Shown: positions 55,687 through 64,000 of the stretch, piece after piece
Numbering within the stretch: position 1 is the first letter of the stretch
Layout: each line of letters starts with the position of its first letter
Origin: an uncultured Clostridia bacterium
GTDB taxonomy: Bacteria > Bacillota > Clostridia > Christensenellales > UBA1242
NCBI GenBank assembly: GCA_947584415.1
Contig: CANPWN010000001.1
Span: 13,216 to 77,215, forward strand
Reading direction: 5' to 3'
Length of the DNA: 64,000 nucleotides
The notes under the pieces: model-generated
Told to the model about the DNA's origin: nothing
Seen by the model: only the letters and a program-made list of their open reading frames with translations
Database searches by the model: none
Program-made: the position numbers and the translations under genes

Positions 55687-55773
55687 CTTCCACCTTCTCT
55701 TCAATTTTACAAAATTTAGATTTTTTTGTCAAATAAAATTTTATAATTATTAAAATTTTTGCATAAGAATTCA

Positions 55774-56622
55774 TCAACCCTCGGGCGGGTTTATCCTTTC
55801 TCCATTATATACCAAGTAATAAAAACTATCTTTTTGTGTGAACTCGGCGCCTAAATAATTTTCAATATGAATTTCGCTGCCCACAATTTGCTCGTCACTA
55901 AGCATATCTTTAAGTTCTGGCAAAATCTCTTCGACGGCGAAAAATTTTGCAAGTTTGTATTCAAGACCATATGAGAAATTGTGCAGATAAACCTCTCTGC
56001 CTGAATTTAAGGTCAGTTTTAAGCCTAATTCTTTATCATGATAAACAACATTTTCGCTTTGAAAATAACTTATCTGTTTAACAAGACTAAGTCCATCTGA
56101 AAGGTTTTTGCCATTTAATAACAGTGCGTTGTAAAACTCTGACAAGCCCGGCAAATTCAAAAACTCTCCTTCCTGTTTTTCCAATTCATTTTCAGGCAAG
56201 TCGACATCAACAAAAATTGGGCTTGTCCTTGACGGAGAAAAGTCCGCTCGTTTTTCAAGAATTTTTTGATTTGCGTCAATAAAAAGATATGCTTCGCCAC
56301 TTTTAATGGCGTAAAGTGCAACGCGCTCTTTTAGATGGATGGTCAATTTGGATGGAAAATGCGTTTCAATGTTGATTACTTCAAGATATGGAAACGCTTT
56401 TTCAATATTATTTGCAAAGTCGTTTTTCTTTAAAAAGAAAATGTTTTTGCCTTTTTTGATGTTGGACTTTTCAATTATCTGTTGTGCGTCATATTCTCGG
56501 CTGACTGAAGAGCGAAAATCAACTTCCACCGTTTGAACTGTGAACAGCGTGAAACACAAGGTCACAATTGTGACCACTACAATTACAAGTGCGCAAATGA
56601 GAATTATCCACTTTTTCTTCAA
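55774..56622 (-). CDS. divIB: Cell division protein DivIB/FtsQ (POTRA)
   Basis: Single N-terminal TM segment plus a POTRA-like region, with synteny upstream of ftsA. Confidence 0.8.
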   Translation of the reverse strand: MKKKWIILICALVIVVVTIVTLCFTLFTVQTVEVDFRSSVSREYDAQQIIEKSNIKKGKNIFFLKKNDFANNIEKAFPYLEVINIETHFPSKLTIHLKERVALYAIKSGEAYLFIDANQKILEKRADFSPSRTSPIFVDVDLPENELEKQEGEFLNLPGLSEFYNALLLNGKNLSDGLSLVKQISYFQSENVVYHDKELGLKLTLNSGREVYLHNFSYGLEYKLAKFFAVEEILPELKDMLSDEQIVGSEIHIENYLGAEFTQKDSFYYLVYNGERINPPEG

Positions 56623-57875
56623 TCTTCAATCCTTCTTATGTCTGCCCCTAAACCAGAAAGTTCTTCTTCAATTCTGTGATAACCTCGGTCAATGTGTTTG
56701 ACGCCGGAAACTATGGTGTAGCCTTCCGCGACCAAACCCGCCAAGACAAGTGAAGCCGTGCCCCTCAGTTCAAGACCAGTCACAGGTGCGCCATACAAAT
56801 GTTTAACCCCATGAACAACGCTCACACGGTCTTTCACATGAATATCTGCACCCATTTTGATAAGTTCTGGCACATGCTTAAATCTTGATTCAAACACATT
56901 TTCAACAATCATACTGCTGCCTTCACAAATTGTTGCAAGAGCCATAAGTTGTGCTTGCAAGTCGGTTGGCACGCCAGGGTAAACCGCTGTTTCAATTTTG
57001 CCAAACGCCTTTGGTTTGCCATCACTTATCACTCTAATTTTATCATTTTTGTGACTAATCAGGCAAGCAGTTTTATCCAATTTGTCAACTATTGCCTGAA
57101 GATAATGAAAATTGACGCCCTTAATCAGCACATCTCCGCCGCACATGGCAGTTGCAATAAGATAAGTTCCCGCAATAATTCTGTCTTTTATGGGTGAAAA
57201 TTCACAACCGTGCAGTTTTTTAACGCCATTTATAACAATTTCGCTCGTTCCTGCACCTCTGACATCTGCGCCCATCTTGTTTAAGAAGTTTTGCAAATCA
57301 ACAATTTCTGGCTCTTGAGCCGCATTAAGAATTTTTGTCTGGCCGGAAGTTAAAACGCTTGCCATCATAAGGCTTTCTGTTGCTCCAACACTTGGAAATT
57401 CCAAAAGTAAAGAGGCACTTGTCATGTTTTTTGCATCACACAAAATAAAGCCGTGCTTCTCTTCAACCTTCACACCAAGTCGCCTAAACCCCGAAAGATG
57501 AATATCTATGGGTCTTGCACCAATTTCACATCCGCCGGGATAGGCAACTTTTGCTTTTTTAAATCTTCCTAACAATGCCCCAAGCATAAAAATAGACGAG
57601 CGAACTTGCCCAGCAAGTGCACTTTCAATGGAATATTCAGACAAGGATGAAGCGTCAATAACAAGGTTATCATTATTTTTTTCAATCTTTGCGCCAAGTG
57701 ATTTTAATATCTCACACATATTTTCAGTGTCAGTGTAACAGGGATAGTTATGTAAAATTATTTTTTCTTCGCAGAGCACCGATGCGGCCAATATTGGCAA
57801 ATAGGAATTTTTGGCTGCAGAGATTTCAATCTCACCGTTTAAACGCTTTCCGCCATGTAATAAAAGTTTACTCAT
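56619..57875 (-). CDS. murA: UDP-N-acetylglucosamine 1-carboxyvinyltransferase
   Basis: Active-site region GGCEIGARPID and EPSP-synthase-like fold motifs; 418 aa. Confidence 0.93.
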   Translation of the reverse strand: MSKLLLHGGKRLNGEIEISAAKNSYLPILAASVLCEEKIILHNYPCYTDTENMCEILKSLGAKIEKNNDNLVIDASSLSEYSIESALAGQVRSSIFMLGALLGRFKKAKVAYPGGCEIGARPIDIHLSGFRRLGVKVEEKHGFILCDAKNMTSASLLLEFPSVGATESLMMASVLTSGQTKILNAAQEPEIVDLQNFLNKMGADVRGAGTSEIVINGVKKLHGCEFSPIKDRIIAGTYLIATAMCGGDVLIKGVNFHYLQAIVDKLDKTACLISHKNDKIRVISDGKPKAFGKIETAVYPGVPTDLQAQLMALATICEGSSMIVENVFESRFKHVPELIKMGADIHVKDRVSVVHGVKHLYGAPVTGLELRGTASLVLAGLVAEGYTIVSGVKHIDRGYHRIEEELSGLGADIRRIED

Positions 57876-57960
57876 TTATTTCCTCTTTAGCGAAATGAAT
57901 TATCTTCACACCTTCATTGTATGAAACTAATTTTGCCCGTGCCACTTTCATCTGCGGGTA

Positions 57961-57989
57961 TTGACATTGAGGCCAAGATATGCTAATAT
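57961..57989 (+). promoter_or_regulatory. Sigma-A promoter of the plus-strand membrane protein gene
   Basis: TTGACA-17 nt-TAATAT. Confidence 0.65.
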
Positions 57990-58012
57990 ATTGTGGATAC
58001 AAAGGAGTGAAT

Positions 58013-58519
58013 ATGAAGGACTTTTTTGAAAAATTTAAACACGATGTGCTTGAATTTAGAAAATCATTTAACAAAAAACATGGCATTATGTTTGGCATAG
58101 GCCTGACAACAACACTTTTTGCTATCACTGCGGGTGTTATGTTTGGTGTTTTCAGCCCAGATGCAATAATGTCTGAGATTTTGTGTTACACTCTTGGTGG
58201 AATAACCGGCACAACAGCCACTCTTGTTGCTGCAAATGGTATTTCGGGATCAAAAAAACTCAAAGAACTTTCAACTGCTGACAAAGACAACATGGTCAAA
58301 CTGATTAACAAATACAGTGAAGATGAAAACAAAAATGTCAGAGATTTTGCAAAAGTTCTCTTTGAAGAGCATCGTTCAAACGAAGTTGCTGAAATAGTAA
58401 ATCTCAACCCTTTTGAAGATTTGGTAAGCCAACCTAAAATTCCAACTGAGGCCTTCAAAAAACCTGTTGAAGAAGCGCTTGATGATGCAAAAAATTCACC
58501 TGTTGATTTTGATATTTAA
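58013..58519 (+). CDS. Hypothetical membrane protein (168 aa) inserted antisense in the dcw cluster
   Basis: RBS aAAGGAGtgaatATG. Two predicted TM segments (IMFGIGLTTTLFAITAGVMFGVF, ILCYTLGGITGTTATLVAA). Confidence 0.65.
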   Translation: MKDFFEKFKHDVLEFRKSFNKKHGIMFGIGLTTTLFAITAGVMFGVFSPDAIMSEILCYTLGGITGTTATLVAANGISGSKKLKELSTADKDNMVKLINKYSEDENKNVRDFAKVLFEEHRSNEVAEIVNLNPFEDLVSQPKIPTEAFKKPVEEALDDAKNSPVDFDI

Positions 58520-59628
58520 TCTGCTGCAAAAGCAGATTTTTTTTTGCTCAAACGCAAGATATTCAAGCAAATTCCTATCCCTGCCATGAACATCATCACA
58601 CTTGTTCCTCCGCTTGAAATGAACGGCAGTGGCAACCCTGTTGGCGGAATTGAACCAGTGACAACGGCAATGTTTAAAATTGTTTGAATTGCAATGATAA
58701 ACGCAATTCCGCTTGCAAGCAATGTTCCAAACCTGTCCGGAGCATTTAACGCAATTTTGACAAGCAGCATGATAAGTGCAAGAAAAACCGCCATGAGCAA
58801 TAGGCAACCCACAAGGCCAAATTCTTCGCCAATCACAGAAAAGATGAAATCGCTTTCTGCAAAAGGAAGAAAAAGATATTTTTGTCGCGAGTTGAAAAGC
58901 CCCACCCCAAACCATCCTCCTGAGCCAAGCGAATACAAAGACTGAATAAGTTGGAACCCTTCGCCCTGGGGTGATGCCCAAGGGTTGATGAAGGCAAAAA
59001 GGCGTTTGAGCCGGTAAGGTTCAGCAGCAATAAGCGCCGGCACAGACAGTGCCGCAGGCACAGAGAGCATGATGGCGTGCTTTTTGCTTATGCCACCAAC
59101 AATAAGCATGAAAAGAGTGATAAACCCAAGACACATTGTCACCGACATAGAAGGCTCTAAAATGACAAGCAAACATATCACACCCGCAACGCCAAGCGGA
59201 ATTAAGAGCGACCTAAAAGATTTGATTTTGTCATGATTGTCGCTTAAATATGCTGCCAAAAAAATGACAAGTGCAAATTTGGCTACCTCCGAAGGCTGAA
59301 GAGAAATTCCTAAAAGAGAAACCCACCTTTTTGCACCATAACTTTCTGTTCCTATCCCTGGAATAAAAACCAGCACAAGCAAAACAAGGGTTATTATGAC
59401 AAAAAGCCACTTGTATTTTTTCAACTTATGATAGTCAAAAAATGATAACCCTATCATCAGTGCAAGTCCAATCACTATGCCAAAAATTTGCTTGTATAGA
59501 AAAAAATACTCATTTCCGTAATGATAAGCCGCGGAATAACAACTTGCAGAATAAACCATCATGCAACCAAAGGCGGTCAGGCATGTGACAATGATAACAA
59601 TAAAGATGTAGTTGGTTTTAACCCTCAC
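58516..59628 (-). CDS. ftsW: SEDS-family peptidoglycan glycosyltransferase FtsW/SpoVE
   Basis: Polytopic, with GLPLPFISSGGTS near the C-terminus. Synteny after murD. Confidence 0.9.
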   Translation of the reverse strand: MRVKTNYIFIVIIVTCLTAFGCMMVYSASCYSAAYHYGNEYFFLYKQIFGIVIGLALMIGLSFFDYHKLKKYKWLFVIITLVLLVLVFIPGIGTESYGAKRWVSLLGISLQPSEVAKFALVIFLAAYLSDNHDKIKSFRSLLIPLGVAGVICLLVILEPSMSVTMCLGFITLFMLIVGGISKKHAIMLSVPAALSVPALIAAEPYRLKRLFAFINPWASPQGEGFQLIQSLYSLGSGGWFGVGLFNSRQKYLFLPFAESDFIFSVIGEEFGLVGCLLLMAVFLALIMLLVKIALNAPDRFGTLLASGIAFIIAIQTILNIAVVTGSIPPTGLPLPFISSGGTSVMMFMAGIGICLNILRLSKKKSAFAAD

Positions 59629-60913
59629 CTTTGACTAACTCCTTAAAAATTTGCCCGCGCACTGCATAGGAAGAAAACTCATCAAAACTTGTGCATGCTG
59701 GAGAAAGAAGAACTATATCTCCACTTCGTGAAGTCTTTTTTGCAAACAATGTCGCCTCTTTTAATGTTGCAAAAGCAGAGGACTTATAACCATTATCTCG
59801 CGCTGCGTTGTGAATAATTTGATTTGCCTGCCCAAAGCACACACATCTTTTAATGTTCGGCCTGTTTGCAAAAAATGAAGCAAAGTCCAAATCCTTGTTT
59901 TGACCGCCAAGCAAAAGAATTATGCTGTCAGAGTTTAAACTTTCAAGTGCCATTTGTGTGCAGGCTATGTTTGTTGACTTGGAGTCATCAATATATTTGA
60001 CGCCATTTATTTGGGCAAAAAATTCAAGCCTGTGTGGAGGAGGCGTAAAATTTAAAACAGCGTTTCTTATAGTTTTTGGCTTAATCTTGCACTTGCACGC
60101 AATAAGAACAGCCGCCATAACATTGGACATGTTTTTTTCGCCAATAAGAGGAACTTCGCTTGCCGGCATAATTCTTGTTTTGCCATAGTAAATACAGCCA
60201 TTTTTTAAAAAAACGCCTTTTTTTAATGGTTTTTGTGAAAAAAACTCCACTTTTTTTGGTAATTTTAAACTTTTTGCTTCTTCGTCATCAAAATTGACGA
60301 CTGCAATATCCTTGTGATGAAAATTTTGAAAAATCTTTTCTTTGACCCTTTTATATTGTTCAAAACTGCCGTGCCTATCAATATGGTCGGGCTTTATGTT
60401 TAACAGACACGCTATGCTTGGAGAAAACAATTTGCTTGTTTCCAACTGAAAATTTGAAGTTTCACAGACAACAAAACTTTCCTTATCCGTTTTAAGTGCA
60501 ATTGATGAAATTGGAAGTCCAATGTTCCCGCAAACAAAGTTTTTCTTTCCCGCCGCATCAAAAATCTTCCCAAGCAAACTGCAAACTGTTGTTTTGCCAT
60601 TTGTTCCCGTCACAGCAATAAGTTTTCCCAAACAAAAAATGCTGCCAAGGTCAATCTCGCTGATTATTGGTGTTCGTCTTGCCATAAATTCACTGAGGAT
60701 AATATTGCCCATGACCTTTACGCCTGGACTGACAACAACCATATCAAATTTATGCATGAGCGGTTCTTCCACAAAACAAAACATGCTATGGAACTTTTTG
60801 TCATCATCATAAACACTGACACATGCACCAAAGGTGTGAAGTAATCTGCACGCACTTACACCACTTCCACCAAGGCCATAAACAAGAACATGTTTGCCTT
60901 TAAGTTTTTTCAT
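59618..60913 (-). CDS. murD: UDP-N-acetylmuramoylalanine--D-glutamate ligase
   Basis: GTNGKTT P-loop, Rossmann-like N-terminus (GLGGSGVS) and dcw synteny. Confidence 0.92.
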   Translation of the reverse strand: MKKLKGKHVLVYGLGGSGVSACRLLHTFGACVSVYDDDKKFHSMFCFVEEPLMHKFDMVVVSPGVKVMGNIILSEFMARRTPIISEIDLGSIFCLGKLIAVTGTNGKTTVCSLLGKIFDAAGKKNFVCGNIGLPISSIALKTDKESFVVCETSNFQLETSKLFSPSIACLLNIKPDHIDRHGSFEQYKRVKEKIFQNFHHKDIAVVNFDDEEAKSLKLPKKVEFFSQKPLKKGVFLKNGCIYYGKTRIMPASEVPLIGEKNMSNVMAAVLIACKCKIKPKTIRNAVLNFTPPPHRLEFFAQINGVKYIDDSKSTNIACTQMALESLNSDSIILLLGGQNKDLDFASFFANRPNIKRCVCFGQANQIIHNAARDNGYKSSAFATLKEATLFAKKTSRSGDIVLLSPACTSFDEFSSYAVRGQIFKELVKGEG

Positions 60914-60922
60914 TTCTCACCT

Positions 60923-61888
60923 TTAAAACGCTATTTCCAAGCAAAGACAAACCGCACTTAACAGGCCTGTCACAATTAAATATACTGTGACAATACGATT
61001 TTCATGCACCCCCTTTTTTTCAAAATGATGATGAAGAGGGGCCATCAAAAACACCCTTTTCTTAGTCCTTTTGTAGTGAGCCACCTGGATGATGTCACTA
61101 AGCGAGGATAAAACAAACATTAACCCCATGATAGGGATAAGAAGTGCCCGCTGTGAAAACAGAGCCAGCGATGCAATATATCCCCCCAGTGCCAACGAGC
61201 CTGTGTCACCCATGAAAATTTTTGCAGGAAAAGTGTTGACCGACAAAAATGCAATAAGCCCGCCGCACACAGCGAAAGCAGAAAGCGCAAGCATTTGCAT
61301 CTCACCGCCATCAATAAGGGCAACAATGCTGCCAAAAAACAAAAGATAAACAAGGCTTGTCCCACCTGCAAGTCCATCCAAACCATCCGTTAAGTTGACA
61401 GAGTTTGTCACCGCCAAATAAACAAGCACGCTGAACGGCACAATTCCAAACCCCAGCGGAATTGACAGACCAAAAAGATACAAATTTGCACCCACTTTGT
61501 AATAAATCAAGAAGCCAATTATGATTGCAATAGCAGCCTGTCCAAGCAACTTTTGATAAGGCTTTAAGCCCTCATTTTGCCTGAAATGGACTTTGATAAA
61601 GTCGTCCAAAAAACCCAATAGGCCAAAAGCCACCATAACAAGAATTGCCATCCATGCCAAAAAAGAATTCTCCCACAAAAAGAGCGAACAACCAAGAATT
61701 GCGGCAAGAATAAATATAACTCCACCCATTGTTGGCGTGCCGGCTTTTGATGAGTGGCTTTCAACATAATGTAAAATTGTTTGCTCTGCTTTAAGTTTGC
61801 GACAAAGACGGATAATTGGCATAAGCAAAGCCAGTCCAATCACACAGGACACAGATGCAATCACAACGCATTTTAAAGCAAAACTCAC
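60923..61888 (-). CDS. mraY: Phospho-N-acetylmuramoyl-pentapeptide transferase
   Basis: LDDFIK, NLTDGLDGLA and HHHFE motifs. Confidence 0.95.
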   Translation of the reverse strand: MSFALKCVVIASVSCVIGLALLMPIIRLCRKLKAEQTILHYVESHSSKAGTPTMGGVIFILAAILGCSLFLWENSFLAWMAILVMVAFGLLGFLDDFIKVHFRQNEGLKPYQKLLGQAAIAIIIGFLIYYKVGANLYLFGLSIPLGFGIVPFSVLVYLAVTNSVNLTDGLDGLAGGTSLVYLLFFGSIVALIDGGEMQMLALSAFAVCGGLIAFLSVNTFPAKIFMGDTGSLALGGYIASLALFSQRALLIPIMGLMFVLSSLSDIIQVAHYKRTKKRVFLMAPLHHHFEKKGVHENRIVTVYLIVTGLLSAVCLCLEIAF

Positions 61889-63354
61889 TTTTTGCCTCCA
61901 ATCACTTTTATTTTTCCCCTAAAATAATTGTATATTTCATCAAAATCATTATATTCCACTTTTTTGTCCCCAAAATCTTGATATTTCTCTCCTCCTTTGC
62001 CGGCAATAATGATTATGTCCCCTTCCTTTGATATGTCCAAAATAAGTTTGACTGCTTTTGCGCGGTCAGGCTCTATCAAATAGTTTTGCTTTTTTGCCCC
62101 CGAACTTATTTCTTCGATTATTTGAAGAGGGTCTTCAAAGCGCGGGTTGTCGCTTGTCAAAACAACAACATCTGAAAGATTTGATGCTATTTTGCCCATT
62201 ATTGGTCTTTTTTTTCTATCCCTGTCACCACCGCAACCAAAGAGCGTCAAAATTCTGTTTTCTCCAAGTTGTTTTGCCGCCAAAATGACCTTTTCAAGCC
62301 CATCTGGTGTGTGTGCAAAATCAACAACAATTGTCTTTCCTCCAAGTTTGATTATGTTAAAACGCCCTTCAATTTGTGGCGCGTTTTTAAGTCCTTCACA
62401 AATCTCTTTTTCATCTATTTTTATAAGGTGGCAAACGCATATTGCGGCAAGCGTGTTAAGAACATTATATTGCCCAATAAGTGGCGTTTGAACTTCAAAA
62501 AGTTCATCAAAGCAATTGCAAAAAAACTGAGTTCCTTCAAACGAGGAAAAAACATTGACCGCAAACACATCACTTGGGCAGTCAAGTGCATAGGTTACCA
62601 CATCAACATTTGTTCTTTGACAAAAAGTTTGCATGTCTATTGTGTCTGAGCAAACTACCGCGCGTTTTGTGTTTTCAAATAGCATGTATTTTGCGTTTGC
62701 ATATTCCTCCATAGAGCCAAAAAAGTCAAGATGGTCCTCAGTTATATTTGACAGCACGCCAATTTCAAACTTTATGCCATCCAATTTATGCAAAAATAGT
62801 GCATGCGCCGACACCTCCATAACAACATATTCAACACCCTTTTTGACCATTTTATCAAAAATAGCGTGCAATTCGTCTGGGTCAGGAGTTGTGAAAAATG
62901 TTTCGACGAAATCATCATCAATCTTGTATCCCAGCGTTCCAATAAGCCCAACCTTTTTCCCTGCTGATTTAATAATGTCATAAACAAGATTTGAAATTGT
63001 GGTTTTCCCGTTTGTGCCTGTAACACCAATGATTTTAAGTTTGTCGCAACAACCATGATGCAAATTTTTGTTCATAATTGCAAACGCACTACGCAAATTT
63101 TTGACAACAAAACAATTTTGAAAGGGATATTCCCTGTTGCATAAAACAAACTTTGCACCTTTCTCAAATGCTTGTTCAATTTTCATGTGTGCTTTGTCAT
63201 CATCTTTCAAAAGCAAAAACACATCACCGCTTTTGACTTTGCGGCTGTCAGCGACAACATTTTTGATGTTAATATCCAAAATATCATCGCTTAAATCAAT
63301 ATCTAAATTTTTGATTATATTTTTAAATTTCAATTTCTTCTCCCAAGCAAACAT
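61885..63354 (-). CDS. murE: UDP-N-acetylmuramoyl-L-alanyl-D-glutamate--2,6-diaminopimelate ligase
   Basis: GVTGTNGKTT, TTPD, EVSAHAL and a DNPR motif (meso-DAP type). Confidence 0.88.
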   Translation of the reverse strand: MFAWEKKLKFKNIIKNLDIDLSDDILDINIKNVVADSRKVKSGDVFLLLKDDDKAHMKIEQAFEKGAKFVLCNREYPFQNCFVVKNLRSAFAIMNKNLHHGCCDKLKIIGVTGTNGKTTISNLVYDIIKSAGKKVGLIGTLGYKIDDDFVETFFTTPDPDELHAIFDKMVKKGVEYVVMEVSAHALFLHKLDGIKFEIGVLSNITEDHLDFFGSMEEYANAKYMLFENTKRAVVCSDTIDMQTFCQRTNVDVVTYALDCPSDVFAVNVFSSFEGTQFFCNCFDELFEVQTPLIGQYNVLNTLAAICVCHLIKIDEKEICEGLKNAPQIEGRFNIIKLGGKTIVVDFAHTPDGLEKVILAAKQLGENRILTLFGCGGDRDRKKRPIMGKIASNLSDVVVLTSDNPRFEDPLQIIEEISSGAKKQNYLIEPDRAKAVKLILDISKEGDIIIIAGKGGEKYQDFGDKKVEYNDFDEIYNYFRGKIKVIGGKK

Positions 63355-63435
63355 TGTATATCATTATTAAAACAAAAAGTTTGCATTTGACAAAAAACCA
63401 CCCATTTTGACAAAGTTTGTATGATGCATAATAAA

Positions 63436-64000
63436 TTATTTTTTTGCATATTTATTCATATTTGAATTTGCAAAAAGATTTAATGCTTTGGAAGGGTGAA
63501 AGAAGGTTTGGTCATTTTGGCGGGCAAATCTCTCCTTTGCCTCCTCAATCATTTCAATGACAATTTCCTTCATGCTTGAAAAGAGATAAAACGCCAAAGA
63601 GCCGGGAATTGTGTTGACCTCGTTGACCATAAGATTTGCATTTTCATCCATCAGAAAATCAACCCTCACAACTCCGTCACAGCCAAGAGCCAGACAAGTC
63701 TTTTCAGTGAGAAGTTTAACTTTGTTTGCCACGCGCTTTTCAACATCAAAACTCGAGATAGGTTTGTCATTTAGATATTTTTCATCAAAATCAAAAAGGC
63801 CTTTACTTTTCACTTCGCACACTTTGCTAACAGTGCAGTTGCCATTTGAAATCATGCACGCGCAATTAAATTCACGCCTTTTTGTTAAAAAATGCTCCAA
63901 AATCACTTTTTTATCATAAAATTTTGCAATTTCAACCGCATATTTAAGTTCTTCCATGTTTTCACATTTTTTAATTCCAATGCTGCTGCCACAACGAGAT
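63436..64000 (-). CDS. ddl: D-alanine--D-alanine ligase, 5' end outside the window
   Basis: The frame stays open upstream of the M at 63957 through to 64000 (..GSSIGIKKCEN..). NEVNTIPGSL motif is present. Confidence 0.85.
   Translation of the reverse strand, partial: SRCGSSIGIKKCENMEELKYAVEIAKFYDKKVILEHFLTKRREFNCACMISNGNCTVSKVCEVKSKGLFDFDEKYLNDKPISSFDVEKRVANKVKLLTEKTCLALGCDGVVRVDFLMDENANLMVNEVNTIPGSLAFYLFSSMKEIVIEMIEEAKERFARQNDQTFFHPSKALNLFANSNMNKYAKK

Noticed and set aside
57868-58128. 86-aa minus-strand ORF overlapping the start of the plus-strand membrane-protein gene
   Set aside because: It has no RBS and an implausible composition. It overlaps a plus-strand gene that has a clear promoter, RBS and TM segments.

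Overview
This window looks like a low-GC, endospore-forming Firmicute (Clostridia-like) chromosome segment, with almost every gene on the minus strand. The conserved backbone is: rluD-lspA-sepF; the str operon (rpsL-rpsG-fusA-tuf); ligA-pcrA; rpsU-mtaB-rsmE-dnaJ-dnaK-grpE-hrcA with a CIRCE operator; a U32 peptidase gene, tsaD and prfB (classic +1 frameshift); alr, tlyA, yloV, asp23 and rpmB; spoIVA, plsY, der, feoAB and nrdR; and a dcw/sporulation cluster (ddl-murE-mraY-murD-ftsW ... murA-divIB-ftsA-ftsZ-spoIIGA-sigE-sigG-ylmC). I saw no rRNA, tRNA or CRISPR array. The most notable non-core content is as follows. (1) Two diverged secreted beta-helix protein genes share a conserved 5' leader. 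Each leader carries a poly-G tract (10 vs 12 nt) after an RBS+ATG and is flanked by DnaA-box-like TTATCCACA copies, which looks like a slipped-strand phase switch with both genes currently OFF. (2) A GC-rich, roughly 190-nt REP/MITE-like structured element starts 3-4 nt after stop codons. One copy sits inside the str operon and a full copy plus degenerate copies form an array at 34.2-34.5 kb. (3) An island between prfB and alr encodes a giant double hexapeptide-repeat protein with a trailing 38-aa sORF, and a 222-aa beta-rich protein behind a sigma-K-like promoter. (4) Two cytosolic paralogs with a permuted DUF6273-like domain sit behind perfect consensus promoters, one of them ATGA-coupled to a 36-aa sORF. 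(5) Small genes that a 60-aa ORF cutoff misses or that are easily dismissed: a SpoVM-like sORF convergent with rpmB, and a 65-aa Gly/Cys-rich peptide (the latter is in the ORF track). There is also a minimal kinase-like protein and a candidate leaderless mRNA. All functional assignments come from motif recognition by eye; no searches were run.
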